Source: Ruminococcus sp. (GTDB lineage Bacteria; Bacillota; Clostridia; Oscillospirales; Ruminococcaceae). Taken from it: DNA of 50,488 bases. This document shows positions 29,374 through 37,559 of the stretch, in pieces (the stretch's first letter is position 1; every line of letters begins with the position of its first letter). Under the pieces are notes generated by a model, which worked only from the letters and a program-made list of their open reading frames with translations, made no database searches and was not told where the DNA came from. The stretch covers positions 1 through 50,488 of the forward strand of contig JAFRYW010000102.1 of assembly GCA_017442845.1 (NCBI GenBank), read 5' to 3'. A program made the translations under genes and the position numbers.

Positions 29374-29945
29374 TGAAGGAGCTTATGCTTATTATGATAG
29401 CGGCGGTGCTTATAAATAATGTAGTGCTCTCGCAGTTTATGGGTATCTGTGCATTTTTGGGCACCTCGAAGCAGCTCAAAAGCTCTGTGGGAATGGGGCT
29501 TGCGGTAGTGTTTGTAATGTTTTTTGCATCTCTTGTGACATACCCTGTCTATAAGCTGCTCGAGCGGCTTGGGGCGGAGTATCTTAAGACCGTTGCGTTT
29601 ATTTTGGTGATAGCGCTGTTCGTTCAGCTTGCCGAAATGGCGATAAAGCGCTTCCTTCCGCCGCTTTATAAGGCGCTGGGCGTTTATCTGCCGCTTATCA
29701 CGACTAACTGCGCTGTGCTTGGGGCAGCTATCACGAATGTTGATAAAAAATATACTCTTGCACAGAGCCTTACAAACTCGCTCGGCACGGGGCTTGGCTT
29801 TACGCTGGCGCTTATCCTGTTTGCAGGGGTCAGGGCAAGGATAGAGACCTCGGATATCCCCGAGACCTTCAAGGGCGTTCCCGCAACGCTTGTTGCGGCG
29901 GCGATAGTTTCCTTGAGCTTTATGGGCTTTGGCGGGATAGTGTGA
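29370..29945 (+). CDS. rnfA: Rnf complex subunit A
   Basis: NNVVLSQFMGIC, LPLITTNCAVLG. Confidence 0.95.
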   Translation: MMKELMLIMIAAVLINNVVLSQFMGICAFLGTSKQLKSSVGMGLAVVFVMFFASLVTYPVYKLLERLGAEYLKTVAFILVIALFVQLAEMAIKRFLPPLYKALGVYLPLITTNCAVLGAAITNVDKKYTLAQSLTNSLGTGLGFTLALILFAGVRARIETSDIPETFKGVPATLVAAAIVSLSFMGFGGIV

Positions 29946-29983
29946 GCAAGCCCGATCATAACATTTATAAATAGGGTGAAAGA

Positions 29984-30772
29984 ATGAATATATTAGAGCC
30001 TATGATATTCTTTGCTGTTCTGGGGCTTGCAGCGGGCGTGCTGCTTGCACTTGCTTCAAAGATATTTTATGTAAAGACCGATGAGCGTATAGAGAAGATA
30101 TCCTCTGCCCTACCGGGAATAAACTGCGGCGCCTGCGGCTTTTCGGGCTGCGAGGGGTATGCCTGCGCTATAGTTAACGACGGTGCAGGACTTGACCTTT
30201 GCAAAACGGGCGGTGCAGCAGCACTTGATGAGATCTCAAAGGTCATGGGAGTGGAAGCTGCCGGGGCTGTTCCCGAAAAGGCGATAGTTCGCTGCAAGGG
30301 CGACTGTAACGCCGCAAGGACAAAATATACCTTTGCGGGCGTTGGCAGCTGCGCCGCTGCCGAGATCTATTACGGAGGCTTTAAAAAGTGTACCTCCGGC
30401 TGCCTCGGCCTTGGCGACTGTATCAAGGTCTGCCCGCACGGGGCTATAAGCATCAAGGACGGTATCGCTGTAGTAAATGAAGCTAAATGCGTCGGCTGCG
30501 GGCTGTGCGTGCGTGAGTGCCCTAACGGGCTGATAACTTTAAGAAAGGTCACAAACAGGGTCGATTACACCTGTATGTCAACAGACTCTGCAAAGCAAAC
30601 GATCGCCGCCTGCGAAAACGGCTGCATTGGCTGCCGCCAGTGCGAAAGGGCCTGCCCCGAGCACGCCGTTAAGGTAGTAAATAACCACGCCGAGGTCGAT
30701 CATTCGCTGTGCACAAGCTGCGGCAAATGCCTTGAAAAGTGCAAAAGAAATGTTATCAGCATAAGGAATTAG
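29984..30772 (+). CDS. rnfB: Rnf complex subunit B (polyferredoxin)
   Basis: N-terminal TM, LPGINCGACGFSGC, several 4Fe-4S motifs. Confidence 0.93.
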   Translation: MNILEPMIFFAVLGLAAGVLLALASKIFYVKTDERIEKISSALPGINCGACGFSGCEGYACAIVNDGAGLDLCKTGGAAALDEISKVMGVEAAGAVPEKAIVRCKGDCNAARTKYTFAGVGSCAAAEIYYGGFKKCTSGCLGLGDCIKVCPHGAISIKDGIAVVNEAKCVGCGLCVRECPNGLITLRKVTNRVDYTCMSTDSAKQTIAACENGCIGCRQCERACPEHAVKVVNNHAEVDHSLCTSCGKCLEKCKRNVISIRN

Positions 30773-30910
30773 CGATCGTTAACAAATATTTTCGCCTAGA
30801 TTTGTTGCTTATGACGATTGATTATTCCCGCTAAACACCTTATAATCAATAATAAGGCAAACTAAGGCTGTGCAGGCTTTACCTGTGCAGCTTTTTTCGG
30901 GGGGCGAAAA

Positions 30911-32011
30911 ATGAAGGAGAGCAGAGAGACTGTTATAAAAATAGTATCACTGATAGCGGCAGGCGTGCTGTTTGCGGTGGGTGTTTTGCTTGTCTGCCTT
31001 TACGATGAAAAGAAGGGCGAGGAAAGCATCGAGCGCCGCCCGCTGACCACAACGGCGGCACAAAGCATGGGCACCCCGCAGGAGAGCAGCTCTGCCGAGA
31101 GCGCAGCGGTGCAGTACCCGATAGACATCAACCAAGCGACTGTTTCAGAGCTTACGGGCGTTAAGGGTATAGGCGGCATAACTGCGGGCAGGATAATCGA
31201 CTACAGGTCTGCAAACGGCGAAATACACGATATCGCCGAGCTTTGCGAGATTGACGGGGTTGGTGAGGAGCTTTGTGCGCTTATCGCCGAGTATTTTTAT
31301 GTTGATGAGAGCGATTATATACGCTATACCGAAGCGACAACTGCCGAAAAGACCACGGCTGCCGCAGCAAAGCCTGCGACGACAAGGCGTGCTTCCAAGA
31401 CCACGACAACAAAGACGGCCACTTCCGCCGTAACGACCAAAAGGGCAAGCTTCCCGCTGGATATAAATAAGGCAGAGCTTGATGAGCTTATGCAGATAGA
31501 CGGCGTAGGCGAGGGAACGGCGGAAAAGATAATAGCCCTTCGCAGCCGAAAGGGCAAGATCACCGATATGGAGCAGCTTCTTGAGATCTACGGCATCGGG
31601 CAGGACAGGCTCGATATGCTGTGCGGCTATTTGTATGTCAGCGAGGCTGACTACTCTAAGGCATCAACGACCACAGCCGCAGCAAGCACAGCCCCTGCAA
31701 CGGTGACAGGGAGGGCGACAGCCGCCGCTACTGCTAAAGCCACATCAAAAACAGCCACAGCCCCGCCCCCGACCGAGACGCAGACTTCACCTGCTAAGGC
31801 TGAAAAGCGCCGTGTCAACATCAACGAGGCGGACGCCGCCGAGATAGCAGATGCGCTGCAGATCGACAATGAGGCCGCCGAAAAGATCGTATGGCTGCGT
31901 GAGCGCATACACGGCTACAGCAATATTCTTGAGGTGCTATATCTTGAGGACTTTGATAAAAGGTATGATACCGAGTTTTATAACAGCATAAAGGATCATA
32001 TATACGTTTAA
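30911..32011 (+). CDS. ComEA-like membrane-anchored helix-hairpin-helix DNA-binding protein
   Basis: TM anchor; three IDINQA/LDINKA/VNINEA HhH modules separated by Thr/Ala-rich linkers. Confidence 0.8.
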   Translation: MKESRETVIKIVSLIAAGVLFAVGVLLVCLYDEKKGEESIERRPLTTTAAQSMGTPQESSSAESAAVQYPIDINQATVSELTGVKGIGGITAGRIIDYRSANGEIHDIAELCEIDGVGEELCALIAEYFYVDESDYIRYTEATTAEKTTAAAAKPATTRRASKTTTTKTATSAVTTKRASFPLDINKAELDELMQIDGVGEGTAEKIIALRSRKGKITDMEQLLEIYGIGQDRLDMLCGYLYVSEADYSKASTTTAAASTAPATVTGRATAAATAKATSKTATAPPPTETQTSPAKAEKRRVNINEADAAEIADALQIDNEAAEKIVWLRERIHGYSNILEVLYLEDFDKRYDTEFYNSIKDHIYV

Positions 32012-32155
32012 CAAAGAAAAGCCCCCGCAGTAAAAGGCCTGCGGGGGTTCAAAAAGAAAAAATTATAGGGGAGAAGTCGGCAGCCTTAGCTGCCGAAATA
32101 TGAGGGCCGGGATTGTTAGCCCCCATACCAAAATATGAAAAACAAATTTGGCTTA
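32012..32155 (-). ncRNA. Candidate trans-acting sRNA (csRNA-like architecture)
   Basis: -10 TACTAT at 32166-32161; two hairpins; UUUUUCAU and UUCUCCCCU segments; terminator cccccgcag...ctgcggggg plus U run. Confidence 0.5.
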
Positions 32156-32266
32156 TATATATAGTACCCCGTGCAGGTGAAAATCGGGTGAAAAATTTTT
32201 GTCCGCAAGGTAAAATATTATAAAACACATTCGGTGATTTTATTAACAGATTAGAGGAAGTTATGT

Positions 32267-32989
32267 ATGCCCAGGTTTTTTATCGAAAACGCTAATGAAA
32301 AAGAGATAGTGATCACAGGAGAGAACGCACACCACATAGGCAGGAGCCTGCGTATGAGGGTGGGGGATAAGCTGACCCTATGCTGCGAGGGGGTGGACTA
32401 TGACTGCGTGATCACCCGCTTTACTGACAGCGAGGTGTTCTGCTCGGTCGTGGGCACAGCCCCATGCGAGAGCGAGCCGAAAACAAGGCTTACCCTCTTT
32501 CAGGCGCTGCCGAAGGGCGATAAGGCCGAGCTTATAGTGCAAAAGGCAGTCGAGCTGGGTGCGGGCGAGGTCGTGTTTGTTATGACCGAGCGGTGCGTCT
32601 CACGCCCCGATGAAAAAAGCTTCTCAAAGCGCCTTGCACGCTTGCAGAAGATCTCTCTCGAGGCCGCCAAGCAGTGCGGCAGGGGGGCAGTCCCCAAAAT
32701 AAGCGGGCTGATCTCGGTGAGCGAGCTGCTTGAAGGGCTGCCCCGCTTTGACAAGGCGCTTATGTGCTATGAAAAGGGCGGCAGCGCACTTTCCGCCGCA
32801 GGCGTTGAAGCGGGGCAGAGCATAGCCCTCTTTATCGGCAGCGAGGGCGGCTTTGAGGAAAAAGAGGCGGCAGCCTTTGAGGGAGCGGGCGGCGAGCTCA
32901 TAGGCTTGGGCAAGCGTATTTTAAGATGTGAAACTGCGCCGATAGCGGCAATAAGCATAATAATGAGCCTTGCGGGGGAAATGGAGTAG
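32267..32989 (+). CDS. rsmE: 16S rRNA m3U1498 methyltransferase
   Basis: MPRFF, QKAVELG, EAAKQCGR, IGSEGGF, LGKRILRCETA. Confidence 0.95.
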   Translation: MPRFFIENANEKEIVITGENAHHIGRSLRMRVGDKLTLCCEGVDYDCVITRFTDSEVFCSVVGTAPCESEPKTRLTLFQALPKGDKAELIVQKAVELGAGEVVFVMTERCVSRPDEKSFSKRLARLQKISLEAAKQCGRGAVPKISGLISVSELLEGLPRFDKALMCYEKGGSALSAAGVEAGQSIALFIGSEGGFEEKEAAAFEGAGGELIGLGKRILRCETAPIAAISIIMSLAGEME

Positions 32990-33184
32990 GCAGGGGTGCG
33001 GATCATTTAAATTGCAAAAAATGCATAAACATTTTTGTGAAAATCGACAAAAATGAGAATGGGGTATATTTTTATTTGGTGAGGACTTGCAAAATTTTAG
33101 TTTGTATGCTATAATAATTGTATCTTGAAATTGACCGCAGGGTCAAATCGAAGTGTAAAATTTTTAATTAAGGAGATGTTTATT

Positions 33185-33436
33185 ATGGGTAAGGCATTAA
33201 AGGTAGCAGCGGCTTTGGGCGTTGCAGCAGCCGGCACAGCAGCGATCCTCGCTCTTAAAAAGCGTAAGGAGCTTGAGGATTACGACTACGAGGAGTTAGA
33301 TGAGGACTTCGACGAGTGCCTGGACGACTGCGAGGAGACAGCCGAAGAGGCTTCTGAGGAGACAGCAGAGACTACAGACGACGTTGAGGCAGACCTTGAC
33401 AAGGTCGAGGAAGCTGTAGAGGAAGTTGACGAGTAA
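33185..33436 (+). CDS. Small acidic protein with N-terminal hydrophobic anchor
   Basis: AAGGAG RBS; Ala-rich hydrophobic helix, KKRK, then an Asp/Glu-rich tail. Confidence 0.7.
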   Translation: MGKALKVAAALGVAAAGTAAILALKKRKELEDYDYEELDEDFDECLDDCEETAEEASEETAETTDDVEADLDKVEEAVEEVDE

Positions 33437-33502
33437 TAGATCTGACCATTTCGCCCCGGGGGCTTTCTCGGGGCGATATTTACAGAAAGGAAAGTGTTTC
33501 TT

Positions 33503-34177
33503 ATGAAGAAGTATCTTGCCGAGTTTATCGGTACAGCGATGCTCGTTATATGCGGCTGCGGCGCAGCGGCAGCGGGCGCAGGCCTTGTTGGCACATCACT
33601 TGCATTCGGCGTTTCCCTTTGCTTTATAGCATATCTTTTTGGCAATATCTCGGGCGCACACGTTAACCCCGCAGTTTCGATAGCCTGCTTTATGGACGGC
33701 TCACTCGATGCGGGCGACCTTGGCGCTTATATCATTTCCCAGATCTTCGGCGCACTTGCAGGAAGCGGTATCTTAAAGCTTTTGATCGTTATGTCCGATG
33801 AAGACGTAAAGGAGTTAAGAGGTACAGGCGTAGGCGCTAACGGCTTTGGCGACAATTCCGCTATAGGCATCAATTTCTTCAGCGCACTGCTCGTTGAGGT
33901 GATAATCACCTGCATTTTCGTGCTTATCGTTTTAAGAGTTGCTAACGATAAGAGCCTGTCGCTCTTCGCACCTGTTCTTATCGGTCTTGGCTTAACACTT
34001 GTTCACCTTGTGGGCTTCAACTTCACAGGCACATCTGTTAACCCCGCAAGATCCCTGAGCGCAGCTATCTTCTCGGGTACTGATGCTCTCAAGCAGGTTT
34101 GGGTATTCCTTATCGGCCCCGCAGCAGGCGGCGCACTTGCAGCTATCTGCTACAAGAAGCTATTTAAGGAAGCATGA
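33503..34177 (+). CDS. MIP family channel (aquaporin)
   Basis: SGAHVNPAVS and TSVNPARS (two NPA motifs). Confidence 0.93.
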   Translation: MKKYLAEFIGTAMLVICGCGAAAAGAGLVGTSLAFGVSLCFIAYLFGNISGAHVNPAVSIACFMDGSLDAGDLGAYIISQIFGALAGSGILKLLIVMSDEDVKELRGTGVGANGFGDNSAIGINFFSALLVEVIITCIFVLIVLRVANDKSLSLFAPVLIGLGLTLVHLVGFNFTGTSVNPARSLSAAIFSGTDALKQVWVFLIGPAAGGALAAICYKKLFKEA

Positions 34178-34254
34178 TCCAAGTAACTAAAGCCGCTCCC
34201 TCACGGGAACGGCTTTTTGCTTGACAAATGGGTGATGATGTGCTATAATAAAGA

Positions 34255-34373
34255 AAAGAGAACTAAGCCCCTAAGGGCGCCTGTGAAACGCCCCCGGGAA
34301 GATAGGCAGTTCTCCGATGATATTGGTATAGAAAACACCGCCATCGTTCAGGAGTAGGCGGTGTTTTCCTTTT
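34255..34373 (+). ncRNA. Putative antitoxin sRNA, copy 1
   Basis: TTGACA(34221)-N17-TATAAT(34244); gagaact...agttctc stem; terminator gaaaacaccgcc...ggcggtgttttc; no ORF. Confidence 0.65.
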
Positions 34374-34407
34374 ATGCTGCCCCTTTCGAGTTCACATTAA
34401 GTACTCG

Positions 34408-34518
34408 CTATCTCTTCTTGTTTATCTTGAAGAGGACGATCAGAACCACAACTATGTCGATAACATCAACGATAGTGTCTACAAATTGGAACTAGTCCGA
34501 AAATGTAACATAGCTCAT
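34408..34518 (-). pseudogene. Small hydrophobic toxin-like peptide, copy 1, with premature TAG at codon 9
   Basis: MSYVTFSD*FQFVDTIVDVIDIVVVLIVLFKINKKR; GGAGGTG RBS; TTGACA-N17-TATACT promoter at 34637-34609. Confidence 0.75.
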
Positions 34519-34780
34519 CACGCACACCTCCCTTTCGGGAGAACCGCCGTTTCTGCTTTTGCTTAGCCCCTCGCCCTTCGGCTCGGTCTGCCTTGCGGCA
34601 TTAGAAATAGTATAGCACATATTTTCCCTTGTGTCAACAATACACAAAGTGCCGCACGATATTAAACGTTTTCGTTTTGATGAAGCAGTCATTTGTTATT
34701 AACAACGTATTCATTTTCACCAAATGAACACTTTCAAAGTGTTCACTTTGCACAAAATTTCAAAACTTGGAAAAAAGCTA

Positions 34781-34809
34781 TTGACAAATCGGTCGGAAGG
34801 TGCTATACT
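34781..34809 (+). promoter_or_regulatory. Sigma-A promoter of the pilin gene
   Basis: TTGACA-N17-TATACT with extended TG. Confidence 0.75.
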
Positions 34810-34919
34810 AACTATAGTGAAAGAACGAACAAAGGGTTCGTTCCTTGATCACATAAAGTCGCTTGCGACCCTATAGGCAGACGGCTTTAAATAAAATTTA
34901 TATTATGGAGGGATTTCTT

Positions 34920-35432
34920 ATGAAGAAGTCAAACAAAGGTTTTACACTCGTAGAGCTCATCGTTGTTATCGCAATCATCGGTGTTCTCGCAGCAATTCTC
35001 GTTCCTTCGCTGCTCGGCTATGTTGCTGACTCGAAGATCTCAACAGCTAACGCTAACGCTAAGCAGGTTTACACAGCTGCAGCTACTTATGCTACAAAGA
35101 TGGAGACTGCTGGTACTCAGGTTGGTGACGGTGTAGTTGGTACAGACGGTACTGATACTTATTCACTTCCTACAGGCGTTACAACTCCGACTGCTGCTAG
35201 TGTTAAGCAGGGCATCGTTGATAAGCTCGGTTCCGGCTCCAATATCCGTTACAAGGTAGACTTCCAGGGCGGCGCTCCTACAGGTGCATTCGCTGCTAAG
35301 ACAAGCACAGATCTCTATCTTGGTTCTTACCCTGTAGAGTCTAAGCACAAGGCTAAGAAGAACATAGCTGATAACTCTATCGTTCCTTCTAAGACTGCTT
35401 ACATCGATGACAATGGTAATTTCGTTTCGTAA
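34920..35432 (+). CDS. Type IV pilin (probable major pilin)
   Basis: Class III signal peptide MKKSNKG/FTLVELIVVIAIIGVLAAILVP with Glu5; strongly biased codons (GCT, ACT, GGT); own promoter and terminator. Confidence 0.93.
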   Translation: MKKSNKGFTLVELIVVIAIIGVLAAILVPSLLGYVADSKISTANANAKQVYTAAATYATKMETAGTQVGDGVVGTDGTDTYSLPTGVTTPTAASVKQGIVDKLGSGSNIRYKVDFQGGAPTGAFAAKTSTDLYLGSYPVESKHKAKKNIADNSIVPSKTAYIDDNGNFVS

Positions 35433-35469
35433 TTAACGAGAGTTAGTTAAAACCTAATTTAACAAATCA

Positions 35470-35497
35470 AAAGGACTGCTTCGGCAGTCCTTTTTTG
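35470..35497 (+). terminator. Intrinsic terminator of the pilin gene
   Basis: aaaaggactgc-ttcg-gcagtcctttttt. Confidence 0.85.
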
Positions 35498-35589
35498 TTG
35501 GGTCTATTATAAAGAAAAGCCGCCTCTTGGGTGGGGCGGTGTTTTCCTTTTATGCTTGACAAGAATAATTAAATGTGCTATAATAAAGA

Positions 35590-35708
35590 AAAGAGAACTA
35601 AGCCCCTAAGGGCGTCTGCTAAACGCCCCCGGGAAGATAGGCAGTTCTCCTGTAGTATTAGTGAAAAACACCGCTACTAATTGAAGGAGTAGGCGGTGTT
35701 TTCCTTTT
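35590..35708 (+). ncRNA. Putative antitoxin sRNA, copy 2
   Basis: TTGACA(35556)-N17-TATAAT(35579); same stems as copy 1; aaaacaccgc...gcggtgtttt terminator. Confidence 0.65.
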
Positions 35709-35742
35709 ATGCTGCCCCTTTCGAGTTCACATTAAGTACTCG

Positions 35743-35853
35743 CTATCTCTTCTTGTTTATCTTGAAGAGGACGATCAGAACCGCAACTATGTCGATAACA
35801 TCAACGATAGTATCTACAAATTGGAACAATTCCGAAAATGTAACATAGCTCAT
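35743..35853 (-). CDS. 36-aa hydrophobic type I toxin-like peptide (holin-like toxin type)
   Basis: MSYVTFSELFQFVDTIVDVIDIVAVLIVLFKINKKR; hydrophobic helix with basic tail; RBS inside CUCCC-GAAA-GGGAG hairpin; promoter at 35972-35944. Confidence 0.75.
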   Translation of the reverse strand: MSYVTFSELFQFVDTIVDVIDIVAVLIVLFKINKKR

Positions 35854-36155
35854 CACGCACACCTCCCTTTCGGGAGAACCGCCGTTTCTGCTTTTGCTTA
35901 GCCCCTCGCCTTGCGGCTCGGTCTGCCTTGCGGCATTAAAAACAGTATAGCACAAATTTGCCCCTTTGTCAATAGCTGGGTAAAAATATGTACATTAAAC
36001 CGCCCCTCGGGCGGTTTTTTGCATCTGCACGTGGCTTTTAGGGCATAATATTATAAACAATTTGTAAAGGGGCTTGACAAACCCCAAAATATAGTGTATA
36101 CTATAAATATAGATTTGATAAAACATTATTTTATAAAACAGAAAGGATGATCCGT

Positions 36156-36464
36156 ATGGCAGCAACAGTAGTAACAAGCGCAAATTTTGAGGCAGAGGTT
36201 TTAAAGGCAGATAAACCCGTGATCGTTGATTTCTGGGCCTCTTGGTGCGGCCCGTGCAAGATGCTTTCCCCCGTAATGGAGGAGATCTCCGAAACTGAGG
36301 ACAGCGTAAAGATCTGCTCGGTCAACGTAGATGATGAAATGGAGCTTGCATCTAACTACGGCATCAGCTCTATCCCGTCGCTCCTCGTTTTCAAGGGCGG
36401 GCAGCTCGTTAACCAGTCTGTCGGCGTTATCACGAGGCAGGCTATCCTCGACCTTGCAAGGTAG
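36156..36464 (+). CDS. trxA: Thioredoxin
   Basis: DFWASWCGPCK; TTGACA-N17-TATACT promoter at 36074-36102. Confidence 0.95.
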   Translation: MAATVVTSANFEAEVLKADKPVIVDFWASWCGPCKMLSPVMEEISETEDSVKICSVNVDDEMELASNYGISSIPSLLVFKGGQLVNQSVGVITRQAILDLAR

Positions 36465-36472
36465 GTGAGCGT

Positions 36473-37384
36473 ATGGCAGATATTATCATAGTAGGCGCAG
36501 GCCCTGCGGGGCTCACAGCAGCGATATATGCACAGCGTGCGGGGCGTAAGGCGCTCGTTTTTGAGGCGGCAGTCTATGGCGGGCAGATCGTCAATACCCC
36601 CGAGATCGAGAATTACCCCGCAATAAAAAAGATTTCGGGCTTTGAGTTCGCAACTGCCCTCTATGAGCAGGCGACCTCGCTCGGTGCTGAGGTGAAAATG
36701 GAGCGTGTTATCTCCGTTACCGACAACGGCAGCAGCAAGACGGTCAAGACCGATAATTCCGAGTATGAGTGCAAGGCGGTAATTCTTGCGACAGGCGCTA
36801 AGAACAGGACACTCGGGCTTGAGAATGAAAAGGCGCTGATCGGCAAGGGCGTTTCCTATTGTGCGACCTGTGACGGTATGTTTTTCAGGGGCAAGACGGT
36901 CGCAGTTGCGGGCGGCGGCAATACGGCGATCGAGGACGCTCTTTTCCTCTCAAACTACTGCGAAAAGGTGTATATCATTCACCGCCGTGACAGGTTCAGG
37001 GCGCATGAGGCCGAGGTCGCAAAGCTTAAGGGCAGGGAAAATGTCGAGCTTGTGCTCAATAAGAACGTTACCGCCCTTAAGGAGGACGGCGGCAGGCTCT
37101 GCGGCGTTGAGGTGACTGATAAGCTCACCGGTGAGAAGAGCGAGCTTGCGGTCGCAGGGCTGTTCGTGGCTATCGGGCAGGCGCCCGACAACACGCCCTT
37201 TGAGAATGTGGCAACACTTGATAACGGCGGCTATATTGTTGCGGGCGAGGACTGCAAAACGGGTATCGCCGGTATTTTCACCGCAGGCGACTGCCGCACA
37301 AAGCAGGTGCGCCAGCTCACGACCGCCGCATCAGACGGCGCAGCAGCAGCCCTTGCGGCTTGCAGCTATATCGACAGCTTATAA
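36473..37384 (+). CDS. trxB: Thioredoxin reductase
   Basis: GAGPAG, GVSYCATCDG, GGGNTA, HRRD. Confidence 0.93.
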   Translation: MADIIIVGAGPAGLTAAIYAQRAGRKALVFEAAVYGGQIVNTPEIENYPAIKKISGFEFATALYEQATSLGAEVKMERVISVTDNGSSKTVKTDNSEYECKAVILATGAKNRTLGLENEKALIGKGVSYCATCDGMFFRGKTVAVAGGGNTAIEDALFLSNYCEKVYIIHRRDRFRAHEAEVAKLKGRENVELVLNKNVTALKEDGGRLCGVEVTDKLTGEKSELAVAGLFVAIGQAPDNTPFENVATLDNGGYIVAGEDCKTGIAGIFTAGDCRTKQVRQLTTAASDGAAAALAACSYIDSL

Positions 37385-37437
37385 TAATAAAAACCGCACG
37401 GCTATTGTAAGAAAGATACTCATATAGAAGTTTTAAG

Positions 37438-37480
37438 CCATAGTATTTCTGATTTCAGTCAGAAGTACTATGGCGTTTTT
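37438..37480 (+). terminator. Intrinsic terminator after trxB
   Basis: ccatagtatttctga-loop-tcagaagtactatgg followed by a T run. Confidence 0.7.
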
Positions 37481-37481
37481 A

Positions 37482-37510
37482 TTGACAATTTAGCAATGTT
37501 ATGCTATAAT
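37482..37510 (+). promoter_or_regulatory. Consensus sigma-A promoter upstream of the GNAT gene
   Basis: TTGACA-N17-TATAAT with extended TG. Confidence 0.8.
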
Positions 37511-37559
37511 TGCAACGAACATAAATCGGTAATTTTCAGAGGAAAAGGAAATAGGAAAT

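Larger units (their letters stand above)
34218..34637. repeat. Direct repeat copy 1 (~420 bp type I TA-like module)
   Basis: Aligns nearly base for base with 35553-35972. Confidence 0.92.
35553..35972. repeat. Direct repeat copy 2 (~420 bp type I TA-like module)
   Basis: Aligns with 34218-34637. Confidence 0.92.

Noticed and set aside
30855-30900. c-di-GMP-I riboswitch upstream of the comEA-like gene (GGCAAAC)
   Set aside because: The remaining conserved elements are missing and the leader is too short.
25389-34494. Amber recoding (alternative code or pyrrolysine) suggested by two in-frame TAGs
   Set aside because: TAG ends birA, rnfD, rsmE and trxA at their expected C-termini, no pyl genes are in the window, and the toxin TAG corresponds to TTG in the paralog.
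34492-34692. 66-aa and 70-aa (35743-35955) ORFs from the track
   Set aside because: Their starts lie in or upstream of the promoter; the RBS supports the ATGs at 34518 and 35853.
34823-34843. LexA box in the pilin leader (GAAC-AAAGG-GTTC)
   Set aside because: The spacer is 5 nt rather than the 4 nt of the Firmicutes SOS box; it is better explained as a hairpin.
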